Assembly: GCA_965644295.1 (NCBI GenBank)
Contig: CBFFRP010000425.1
Location: 111,187-175,186 of the forward strand
Length of the DNA: 64,000 bases
DNA from: Paraphysomonas bandaiensis
Lineage: Eukaryota > Protista > Chrysophyceae
Direction: 5' to 3'
Shown: in pieces, positions 50,306-62,041 of the stretch
How the letters are laid out: each line of letters starts with the position of its first letter
Position numbering within the stretch: the stretch's first letter is position 1
Translations under genes and position numbers: made by a program
Notes under the pieces: generated by a model
Told to the model about the DNA's origin: nothing
Seen by the model: the letters and a program-made list of their open reading frames with translations, nothing else
The model's database searches: none

Positions 50306-51907
50306 TCACGCCCTCGTTAATTGTAATAACATATCAGACTTTTCTTTTGCCGCAGCAGCTTCCTGAATTCTAGATTCACCATCTTTGAAAGCTTGAAGCG
50401 ATTCTGACTCTATGAATCTGTTCAAACGGTCCCTTTCTAAGATTGCTTCTTTCTTTGCCTGGACCACATCGTCAACAGTAGAATATTTTTCCATTGCCGT
50501 CAAAACAATTTTCATTTTATTCTGCACTCGACTCAGGCGCTCCAATCGCTCTTCCCGTAACCGCTGCATACGTTCGCGCAGATGTGAACTTCGTCTAGGA
50601 TTGTCCAGTACTTCCTGGTACTCCTGAAGTAGAGGTAGGGAGTGTTGTATTTTATGCGTACAGTTAGATAGTGCCCGAACTAAGTGCATGATCTTAGGCA
50701 TGTTGTCTGGCTTATCCATGTTAGTATCTTCCGAGATGTCATCATCGCTCTCCTCTTCAATTGCGTCATCTTTTTCGTCACCACTCTCGATATCCTCTCC
50801 CTCACGCCCATTAAGGCGAATATCTTCCAAGTCATCAAGGTGTTTCGTTGCAGCAAGCCGACCTGTAGCCAATAGTTCTCGTAGATATGCTGGCTCCGGA
50901 ACAGTAGCAAATTCTATATGCGGCAACTTCCCAAATCGAGTACAATACCTTCGGTGAAGAAGCAAAAACGAACCCTCTGAAGTATTTTCATCAAGAAATA
51001 CCCGCTGGATGCACGCAGTGCAGACCAAATTAGTACAATGCAGACACTTTATTGTAGCGCTGTCGTTTTGTCGGCAAATCACACACTGACCGTAGCTGTA
51101 TGGGCGGGGATAGGTCATGGCCTCTTCATCTCGCTTCGCTTTTCGTGCAGGAAATTTGAGATCTTCATATTCCTGAAGGTTAATGTCATCGTCCAAATAC
51201 TGCCGCTCCAGCGACTTTTTGATCACTTTGGGTGGAGGTTTTAAAAGATATCTGTGAAATTCTTGCTCCTCAGAAGTGAGCATATTGAATAGTGCAACCT
51301 TCCATGTGCTGTAGCCTGCCTCAAGAACACCAGCTAAGTCGTCCAATTCCATTGTTCCACACATATATTTTTCACATAGCTTTCGCAGCACAGACGCCTT
51401 GTCGTGATATGATTCTGAGGCAGAGGGGTGTATCTTCGGCCCATAAAGGTCCATGTCTCGTCTAATTGGTGTCAAATGAAACACAATTTGGTCACGTATT
51501 TTCGGTATTAATGATTGCATTTTTCGGAGTGCCTCAGCTTGTATTTGAGGGTTATCGAGAGGAATTAATAGTTGAAAAGCGCTATCTGGTGGCTGCCATT
51601 GAAGCGTATACTTATCAGGACTGTGAAACCTCTCAGATGGATTTAAGGCAACTATCTGATCGTATATGAAATTCTTTTCCATCCATATATTCCTATAAGT
51701 GATGTTCTTAATTTGTAATAAATCTTTCTTTTTCTTCGGTTTAATTGTGCCGTACACAAAATTCCAAGTTTGATTAACTTCAAATTGTTCGATTTGTTTC
51801 TGTCGCAACACAATCATTTTCTTGGCGACCTTTTCTTCTCGTGCTTTCATCTTAGCCTTGTTGGCATCCCCCTTTATCAACCCGTAAAGCCCAGTTAATA
51901 CTTCCAT
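50306..51907 (-). CDS. Intronless 533-aa protein with a Cys-rich zinc-finger-like motif and coiled-coil C-terminus
   Basis: CVIC-x9-CLHC-x4-CTAC...H-x3-C in a long clean ORF. Confidence 0.75.
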   Translation of the reverse strand: MEVLTGLYGLIKGDANKAKMKAREEKVAKKMIVLRQKQIEQFEVNQTWNFVYGTIKPKKKKDLLQIKNITYRNIWMEKNFIYDQIVALNPSERFHSPDKYTLQWQPPDSAFQLLIPLDNPQIQAEALRKMQSLIPKIRDQIVFHLTPIRRDMDLYGPKIHPSASESYHDKASVLRKLCEKYMCGTMELDDLAGVLEAGYSTWKVALFNMLTSEEQEFHRYLLKPPPKVIKKSLERQYLDDDINLQEYEDLKFPARKAKRDEEAMTYPRPYSYGQCVICRQNDSATIKCLHCTNLVCTACIQRVFLDENTSEGSFLLLHRRYCTRFGKLPHIEFATVPEPAYLRELLATGRLAATKHLDDLEDIRLNGREGEDIESGDEKDDAIEEESDDDISEDTNMDKPDNMPKIMHLVRALSNCTHKIQHSLPLLQEYQEVLDNPRRSSHLRERMQRLREERLERLSRVQNKMKIVLTAMEKYSTVDDVVQAKKEAILERDRLNRFIESESLQAFKDGESRIQEAAAAKEKSDMLLQLTRA

Positions 51908-52112
51908 TGTGGTAGACTATAAATCCAACTATCTCAGCAGCTCACCCGTCCCTCAATATACTCAACAACACAACCTATACTCGACACTACAGTGGGAGAG
52001 GTATTGGCTAGCCCACTAGATTCACCACATCTACGCCCCAATCATCACTACTCCCGTCTCTATTTACAAACATACCTCGTAAACAGAAAGACTATTTCCT
52101 CAGTAACTGCTG

Positions 52113-53031
52113 CATACATACATACATACATACATACATACATACATACATACATACATACATACATACATACATACATACATACATACATACATACATA
52201 CATACATACATACATACATACATACATACATACATACATACATACATACATACATACATACATACATACATACATACATACATACATACATACATACATA
52301 CATACATACATACATACATACATACATACATACATACATACATACATACATACATACATACATACATACATACATACATACATACATACATACATACATA
52401 CATACATACATACATACATACATACATACATACATACATACATACATACATACATACATACATACATACATACATACATACATACATACATACATACATA
52501 CATACATACATACATACATACATACATACATACATACATACATACATACATACATACATACATACATACATACATACATACATACATACATACATACATA
52601 CATACATACATACATACATACATACATACATACATACATACATACATACATACATACATACATACATACATACATACATACATACATACATACATACATA
52701 CATACATACATACATACATACATACATACATACATACATACATACATACATACATACATACATACATACATACATACATACATACATACATACATACATA
52801 CATACATACATACATACATACATACATACATACATACATACATACATACATACATACATACATACATACATACATACATACATACATACATACATACATA
52901 CATACATACATACATACATACATACATACATACATACATACATACATACATACATACATACATACATACATACATACATACATACATACATACATACATA
53001 CATACATACATACATACATACATACATACAT
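52113..53031. repeat. Perfect (CATA)n microsatellite, ~230 units
   Basis: Directly visible; no interruptions seen. Confidence 0.99.
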
Positions 53032-53222
53032 CACATACAGATAAAACGGCTGAGGGGATATGTGAATTGTGGTATTCAAATGTAGCATATCCATCATAGT
53101 GTTTTATTAGTACTGAGACGGCGAGACTATTGCTGCATTAAAGTCACTTGTAGTTGTAGTTAGCTGAATTATACATTGTGTACTATATTTGTCTGTCACT
53201 GTTGTAGTTAGCGTCTGCAGGT

Positions 53223-56200
53223 ATGTCTAATCTTGGAGACACTGCGGGCTCAACGGCGTCGCAGCCGTCAATGGCCTCCACGTTCAAGGGACGTAATACT
53301 GCTAAGTCAGCAGATGAATTAAAGCAAGCTCGTGAATCGCGTGCTGCTGAAGCTCTTCGAATGAAAGATGAGCAGCTTCGAATATTAGCACAACAAAACG
53401 AAACTTTAATAGCTTCACTCGATAAGGTACTCTTGTGCTGTTCATACGTCCTCATATGAATGTTAATGTTACACTTTTCAGGTGGAGGAAGAAGCCAATA
53501 CCATACAAATGGCCAAACTGTCTGTGGAACAGGAGAATAGAACCCTGCGAGATAACAATTTCGAATTGCAGAGTAAGTCACGTGCAGCAGAAACACAGAG
53601 CAAGCGTATGCAAACAGAAGTTGCGGAGAAAGAAAAACAGTTACGCATTATGACCGACCAGAACTCTGAGTTACTTAGATTATTAGAAAGTGAAGAAGGG
53701 TTGACTGCACAATTGCAAAGTGAGGTATCTGAACTGCGTAGTGAGCTTGATGAACTGCGACAAAAACACGGTTCTCTTTTGACGACGGCAAAAACTCACG
53801 AAGAAATGTCCACTAAAGCAGCACGTGAAGGTCAGCTTCGTGCAGAAGAAATTCGACTCCTTCGGGCCGAAACAGAACAATTAAAGCAACAGAATTCTGA
53901 ACTTAAAATGAAGACCCAAGTTGAGGTCGAGGCATTGCAGGAACAACTTCGTGTGAGGAAAGAGAAACAATACCAGCTTCTCGAGAAGCTCCAGGCTCAA
54001 GAGGAAGCAAAGCGTCAAGCAGAAGACCAGGTGACGGGAATGGAAGAACAGCTACGAAGTCTTCATGCGAGGAATGTGGAGCTTGAGACTCAACTTCAGT
54101 TCGAGGGACGCATCAAACAAAACCTAGAGGAGACGAATAAGGATCTTCAGATGGAGAATAACAATATTCACTCAGCCAATTCAGAGCTTCAGACCAAAAT
54201 AGATAAGAGTGAAAAAGAACGTCTGAGAATGGAAGCCGAAGCTAGAGATAGTGGTGAGAAGCTTCGAGAGATGGCTGAGAAGGTGTTTCAGCTCTTGGAA
54301 AGGCTTAAATTGGCTGAGCTTGGAAAGACGAAGGCCATGGAGGCGCTCAAGAAAAAGGAACTTGATATGGTGGCACTCCAGAAGAAAAATGCTCGTCTGA
54401 TTAAAGAGAGCACAGAAGAGGGTCGAGCGCGAGTTAAGGCAGAGTTGGATGTGAAAGTACTGCAGGATCAAGTCCGAGCGCTGAAAAAACACAACTCCCA
54501 ATTGACTCAAAAGTGCAAAGAGGAGGCACGGGATAAGGTCCGCGCCACAGAAGAGAATGAGCAATTGAAAGAAAAGATGACAGTGACTGAGTCTCGTCTA
54601 TCGTTTTTGCTGAACAAGGTGCAGTCTGACGAGGAGGCTCGTGTCATCCAGGCGGAAGACAGAAAGAAGTTGGAAGCCCAAGTTCAGACTCTGACTGCCA
54701 AGTGTGAGGAATTCCATCATAAATTGTCGGAGACTGGTGAGAGCAATCGTGTCATTACCCAGGCGATGCGTCTCAAGCAGGAAGAGTTGAATGATATATC
54801 GATGAAGTACGAGGCGTTGTTACGAGAGTGTGAGTCGCGGGAGCGAAATGAAGACAGGGATGACAATACAGGCGCTTCACAGGACCTATCAGGAGCACGC
54901 CCCGGTGCACCTGACGACATCGATAACGTCCGACTGAATGAAGGGCGTGGTCGATTCTACGTTGAAGTCAAAACTGTCGGGGGTGGCTCCATGCTATTAC
55001 TCAGAGGGCGAAAACCGTTGTACAGAGACTGGCTCGATAGGCAGTCGGTAAACGATTTCCTTAAGCGCTGTCAGAAAACTACTAGATTTAGGGATATGAT
55101 TATCGAGAAGCTGGCATCCCTTTATGGATTGCTGATGGTCGAGGAAGAGGAGAAGAACAAAGTCGTCAATGAGGTTCAGGAAAGGGAGAAATTAATTGAC
55201 CACCTTCAAAAGAAACTGGTTTATATTCAGGACTGTTTAGCCACAGAAGAGGATGCAAAGCGACGAATGTTGCTGCGGTATATTCATTCTGTGAAAGAGC
55301 ATGCAGAGGCTGCCTCCGATGGGCTTGGAGGCGTGCTTCAGCTTCCAGAGTCGAATATTTCAGACGAGGAAGTGCATGCTCTTGCTGCGTTGTTGAGAAA
55401 TAATCATGCTATTGAAGAACTCAACCTCCGTGGAAATAATATATCAGACGATGGTGCAAGAGCTCTTGCTGCTGTTTTATCTGGACGCAGTGGGTTGAGG
55501 CTAGTGGATCTTCGTGCGAATAAAATAAGTAAAAGTGCCATCCGCATTATTGCAGAAGCGTTGGAGAGATCAGAGCGTGTGCGTCATGTTTATGTGCATG
55601 CTGGTGGAAAGATAGAGGCTCTTGGCACAGGGAAGTGGGCCAAGAGCCGAACGTCTCTCATGAATACCTCCACTTCGATAGAAGACAGAGAGGAAGGAAG
55701 TACAGGAAAACAAACAATGAATGTCGAAACTGTGTGTGTTGTTGATATCAGAGATAATGTTCCTGCCAAAGCCGCTCTGCCCTTTGATCCAAGTATGGCT
55801 GACTTTACGCAGTCAGAGAGTATAGACTCGTCAAACAAATCGTTCTCGCCAAAGAAAATGCTGGAAAGTACTGGTGCCCCGCCGAGAAGTGCGAATGGGA
55901 CTCGTTCCGAGCCCCACCTGAGCACTGTAAGCAAGACGCCAGCGAAACAGACTCAGGTCTCTCAAACATACTCCGTTCCGTCAAAGACTGACATCAAAAA
56001 GCAACAGAAAAAGGTAGGTTAGTTAGTCGTAGTTATGCTATGCTAAGCATACATTGCAGATACGGAAAAAGAAAGAGCTTGCCATGAAAGAGAGCTCTTG
56101 GCAGGGAAGAATGGGTGGACTTGAGCAAAAGAACGACAAGTCGAAGAAGAGTGTGCAGAGAGGAGAGCTTCCGCCGATTCATCTTGATTCTGAGAGTAGC

Positions 56201-56553
56201 ACTGTACGTATTTGATTTTGTGTATTGATATTAAGTAATTCCATATTTTGCAGTACGAAGAAGGCTCTGATAGCAGAGCTCATTCAGCACCCGAGGGTGT
56301 GCACGATACCGCCACGTTTGGTATATTGGGTGACAGTGGAGTACTAACCGCCAATCGGCCTGGAAGTCCAGAGGATGTTGTTAGACAAGCCATTGTTAAG
56401 GCCCGCGGGAAAGCGGGAAAGAATAAACCTGTCAGCCAGTCCGAGAAACGATTATTACAAAGGTAACTTCCGCAATAATCACTTCATTGTCCTCCTAATA
56501 ATTCATTGTGTTGTAGCCCTTTCGCACAGCCCATCGGCAACAAGAAAAAATAA
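53223..56553 (+). CDS. Long coiled-coil protein with RNI-like leucine-rich repeats
   Basis: About 600 aa of coiled coil, then IEELNLRGNNISDDGARALAAVL and LRLVDLRANKIS; four introns; TAA at 56551-56553. Confidence 0.8.
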
Positions 56554-57150
56554 AGCTGCAATTGTATATGCAGAAACTGTTATAGCAATTACATAGATGT
56601 CATCATTCATTGTTGTCTGTCATCACCTAGCGGTACTATATAATTAATCGTTAATAAGTGTGTGCAGTTACCAAATTTGCTTCTATTTCTATAGTTAAGT
56701 GTTGGATAGTACCATCGCTGATGCAATATGTTTTCTTTACATCGCTGGAAATTCTATTTGGTGTACTGTAATTTGATTGTATTTGCAACATTAAAGTCGA
56801 TTAATGATACTTACGAAACTGATATATCGAAATAGGAAATAGTATACTAGATTACACAGAATACGATGCTCTTACCATGTTGAGTTTTGCTGTTTGTGAA
56901 CAATTAAAAGCTGTAGTTTCCAAGATATTAGAACTATATCCGTTACTCAAAGAATACAGTAGTAGCTAGCTGTAGTATGAGAACCAATAATATGATAGCC
57001 ATTGTAGTGATGAAACTGAAATATTCTGACTGTACAAGATAGTGACGATGTAAGATCGTACTAGAAATGGTTCGTGTAGCAGAGATAAAAAGAGTTGGTG
57101 AATGTCAATGAATGAAGTATGGTAACTCTTATAATTATATTATATTCTAT

Positions 57151-57325
57151 ATAAGTGTTAACGAAGGTCTTATTACTAAAAATGTCACTTTCTAACATAC
57201 CACTTACCACCATGGGTATTGGCTCTGAACGCTCTTTCCCCAAAATAGTAATCCTAATCGTTCTATTATTTTCAATTAGTTCTGACTCCGAAACGCCTAT
57301 TGCTAATATTAAGACATTAACTACT
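57151..57325 (+). mobile_element. Very short 3' remnant of structured repeat subfamily A
   Basis: aacgcctattgctaatattaagacattaactac (57292-57324) matches the tail of copy 2; the core motif is absent. Confidence 0.5.
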
Positions 57326-58142
57326 TCTACTATTTTTGTGCATTTATCCTAAAAGGTGAAAAAAAATCATACATATACGTACATGTACGTATGAAGTTTC
57401 AGCTATAGAAATATATAACTCAATAACGAATAGTGTATTGCAAGCTCCGAGTACTTTCCTAACCTTTTATAACACTACTCTCTTGATTGTACATATCCTA
57501 AATCTAAATTAAGTCGTTATAGTACGGATAAGGAATCTGATCGTTCTTCACATCATTGCTTACCAACAGGGAAGACCTGAGTGGACGACGCTGGACAGAG
57601 TTGTCTCGATACTTACTCCACTATTCTTGTTTTCTGTCAGATTTTTCATAGATCTCTCACCTCCTGTGTTTCCTACGCTGCTACTATCTGGCTCTAGTCT
57701 CGATGTCAACGTTAGGCGCCGAGCGTAAACTAAAAAAACACCTTCGAAACAGGCGCTGATCGCTGTCACGAGCAGAAAAGAATCGTATCATGACTATCTG
57801 TGCATGTAACTGCACATGAAACACATATAGTTTATACCACTACACTGTCTGATAGCGATATCCATGAGGACATTGATGTTCACTCTGCAGACTCAATGGT
57901 GAGGTGGTCTTGATCAGCTGAAGCTGTTGAACGAGGTATGTACTACTTCAGTTGATCAAGAGCATATTGAGTAGCAACACCAATGAGCTCACAATAACCA
58001 GCCGGCTAAAGTAAAATTCCATGTTTGGATATTGTGATCCATGCCAACTGAGGGGCTCTCCGTAGCGTGCGTATGTTTCGTATGTATGCTAGCTATCGCA
58101 TACACACATCCAGGGCGGTGGGTAAAAAAAGATAATATCTAG

Positions 58143-58227
58143 ATATGACATGATGAAAACACCCCTTTTTATAGGAGAAACAGTCAAAAACCAGTGTTTG
58201 TTAAGAAAAGGGGGGTTTCATGCCATA
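58143..58227. repeat. Imperfect inverted repeat (hairpin or tiny MITE)
   Basis: atatgacatgatgaaaacaccccttttt ... aaaaggggggtttcatgccatat. Confidence 0.55.
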
Positions 58228-58897
58228 TATATTGGCAAGATATATGTTGTTTTATATTGGATGGATAATGTTGGATCCAGGACAGCATTTGAATGACAAC
58301 AAGCACTCAGCCTACTCGACGTAGGCTTGGTAAAACTCAAGATAGCAGTATTATGACTCGAGGTTCCTAATATCCAGGATATAGGCCGCAATATTATAGG
58401 AAAGACATGATTGATGAGTCATACCGTTGTATTTTCGTGTTGTGTGTTATGATGATGGTTGTATTTGCAGAGGAACGGTAGGAATTCCTACCCCAGAACT
58501 GGTACAGGTGTACTTGTAAGACCCTCAATCTAGCGGTACACATCCAGCGGTTTATACATAAAATATATGCGTACTGCTGTACATGTATGTATGTAGAGTA
58601 TGTACTGCTATATATGTACTGTACTACTGCTGTGTGTTCGGCGGGCCGGAGTATGCAGCAGATTGTGGGTGGCTTCTCCTTTCCAGTGGACCATACTGGA
58701 CATAGCCACACAGCACACAGCACACAGCACAGTGCTGCAGGAACACATTTCGATCTTGTAATTGCATGAACCCAAACCACTGGTGTGATAAACAATTGCA
58801 ATAAACTATTCTGATTAGTCGTTTCCATGTCATTCACAGTTAATCCTGTTGTCTCTTCTGCAGTGCATCAAGATCACATCAACCGCACTGTACATAT

Positions 58898-61456
58898 ATG
58901 GCAACACCAACAGATAACTCCACAAGCAAAGACTCATCAATGGATGTTTCTTCCACAACAAAAGAACTACGATCTCTTCTATCAAAACAATTGGGTGGAC
59001 TCTCTGCTGAGTTGAAGCATATATCAGGAGGGGTCACACAGGGCAATGGAGAGATCGTTACGTGTATCCCTAAAGGAGGACTGCATGAGTTCGTTGCTAA
59101 CACATTGCCGTTAAAAGCTGAGTTTGATGTCATTACATACTATCCGGAGAGTGAGGTTATATGTCTGTATCAAGGCCCAGATAATATGGTGCAGCTTCCA
59201 ACTGCGAACTTTGGACTCACTACAGATGATATTTGGACACCAGCAGAGATGAGCACATACAGTGGTGATGTTTTGTTCAAAAGGGGTTTAGCAAAGCTAG
59301 CTGTAGCAGCTATTTCATATAAAATAAATCACCTCTTGAATACTGGGCCCAAGTCAAGAGTGCGCTTTCAGGCTGATATCCGACCACAAGTATTGAAGCT
59401 GATGGCACGGCGAAAGAATGTCCTTAACTATGTGCGTGCTCGTAACAAAGATGGCAAGAAGGGTGCACTGAGTCCTAGTCAATTTTCGAAGAAAGATATG
59501 CTAATGCGGATTGTAGCTGCTGTGTACAACGAATTCTTGATTGACTTGCCTCACCCAAATCCTGCGTACGTTGCCTCTGACAGTGATTGGGTCAAGAAAC
59601 AGTGTCTGCTAATTGCTGCCTGCTATGAACACGACGCCGATATATTCAACGCGCTGTTGAGAAATAAATCCGACGATAAGGCAGTTGCAACTCATAAACA
59701 GTTGAAAAATGGTGCACACAAAGTAGATGAAAAAGTTCCCAGTTGCTCGACTATATTCGATGAAATTGTGTTCTCTGGATCGATGCCAATGCTACGAGAT
59801 TACATTAACTCCTACTGCGTCTTCACCACTCTCAACCCTTTAGAGTTGGAGTGGAGTGATTTTTTAAAAATGGATATACAGGTAACGTTTAGGTGGTAGT
59901 GTTCAGGTTGTATATGACGTTTATTTTTCAGAACGAAATTGTGGTAACGATTATCAAGAATATGCCATATTATTTTTTGGTTGCTGCAGACGTCACGCTC
60001 CGAGGTATTGCCCAAGTGTATCTCTGTAATCACCCTATTTCTGGACTTTTTTTCTCGATCGGACTAATCATCACAAACCCGCAGTTGTGGGTATATGCGG
60101 TGGTGGGGTGCATAAGTGAAACTGTCACCTCTTGGGTTGTATGTAAAGAGAGCTGGGACAACATTCAATCTGGACTCTGTGGGTATGTATGGTAATTGGC
60201 TGGTAAGTTGTGGATGTACTGATACGTGTTCATTATTCAGATATGATGGAACCTTGGTAGGATGCGCGGTCTATACTTTCGTGTCTTTACAACAGCCGGC
60301 AAGTGTACACCCCAACCTAGTTAACAACGGACTACTTATTGTTTGGTTACTTGCATCTGCTTCTGGAATCGTTCGAAGTGCTTTCTCGAATATGAGCAAG
60401 CTACCAGCTTTGACAGCTGCCTTCAATTTAGTTTCACTGTGCTTTTTCTTTGCGGTGGCAAGAGGTACCTCAGACGCTGCTCATTTGCAATGGTACACAC
60501 CTTATGATACACCCAGCAGCAGCACTAACACTGAAAATGATTCTTCCTCTGATGAAGGTTTTGAACACATGACGGGGTTATACTTTTACGAGTCCACTGT
60601 TCTCGGTGTGGGACAGTTTATGTTCGTGTCGGACACCTTAGGCGCGTTGTTTGTCATTTTCGGGATCATACTGTGCTCCAGAAAGGCGGCCCTCATGGCT
60701 ATTCTTGGATCTATTGTAGGAACTTTTGCAAGTCGATACGTCATGATTATCCCGAGTGCAGCTCATTCAGCCTTGCGTAATGGGTTGTATTCTTATAATT
60801 CAATGGGTACCGCTGTTGCCGTTGCCGGGGATGTGTTTTTTGAATTCAATTTCGGTTCAATGTGCGTCGGTGTCATTGGTTCGATGCTCTGTTCTTTCGT
60901 TAGCCTAGGTGTGCAGTCTTTACTGAATACGGATCAATTGAGCTTGCCAGTCCTCACTGTTCCGTTTATACTTACGACGTGGATAATGATGCTCACAAGA
61001 TCCGAATGGCTCATACCAACAGTTGCTAATGATGTGGACCTGGATGATGCAATGTTCATGGATCGACGACATGGAGGAGATATCGATTGGTTAAAGTATC
61101 AGATGAATCTCAGAATGAATGGGCAGTTAAACAATGAAACCATGACTCATGAGACTTATGAGAGTCCTTTCCACAGATCTGCTGATCGTAGTGGAACTCA
61201 CAGCGGCGACGAAGAGGAAATTTCTTTGTTGTGTGCTGAATCCGACTCTGCAGATGAAATGTTTGAGGCATCTCGAAAGAGTGATCGGTTCCAAAAGTTT
61301 AAAAAAAAAATGTACGAGAAAGTAGATGACGGTGCTTGGTTTCGCCGCAAAAGTAAATTTGTGGCCAACTCGACGCCTGATGAAGATGATATTGAGATGG
61401 GATCAGAAATTTCTAGAAGCTTTCAATCTACAGGTTATGGTACAAATGACACTTAA
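58898..61456 (+). CDS. SLC14/UT-family urea transporter with a ~290-aa N-terminal soluble domain
   Basis: Introns 59882-59931 and 60183-60240. Motifs LRGIAQVYLCNHPISG, GLCGYDGTLVG, LPALTAAFN, GVGQFMF, GLYSYNS and LPVLTVPF. Confidence 0.85.
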
Positions 61457-62041
61457 TCGTGATCAATGTATTGTTAATAATATTATAAAGATTTGCAATA
61501 TGTGTGTAACCAGTGAAAAAGAATTCTTTTTTACGCATACGACTATTACAATGTCAATACATATATAGCTAATTTTCAGTCACAATTAGAATCCTATTAC
61601 TAGCAGCCATGTTGTGTCTCTGGCAGGGTAAGCTAATATTGTATTGTAAATATTGATCAATCGACCGGATAGAGCAACCTACCACTATTGCTAAAAGCTA
61701 ATAATATATTGCAATGAAGTATATTATAGAATATAGCAACTACTACATAGCAAAAGTTTCTTACTTTATAGCTTGTTGAAATGTAGTGGGATTGATTATC
61801 ATGTGACCTCATGATAAGTACTAAAAGCGGACTGTGCGCATATTATATTGGTCAGTATATTCAATAATATTTTGGACCAGTTTAAAGTGTATTGCAATAT
61901 CATGGTTCGAACGCCACCTTGCCATACCAAGAGCCTTGGTATGTGATGTAGTATGCATTGTCATTGTTTAGCTGCTTAATAGAATCTCCTACGTTATGTA
62001 AGCTAGATATATATGTTCATTATGAAATTGTAGGTGCATAT

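Noticed and set aside
52113-53031. CATA array as a telomere
   Set aside because: It is internal, flanked by genes on both sides and has no G-rich strand.
51992-53097. MYVC and YIHT ORFs of 300-350 aa
   Set aside because: Same microsatellite artefact; there is no unique coding sequence.
57560-58837. Possible minus-strand partner gene for the urea transporter
   Set aside because: Only short ORFs without recognisable motifs or a consistent splice path.
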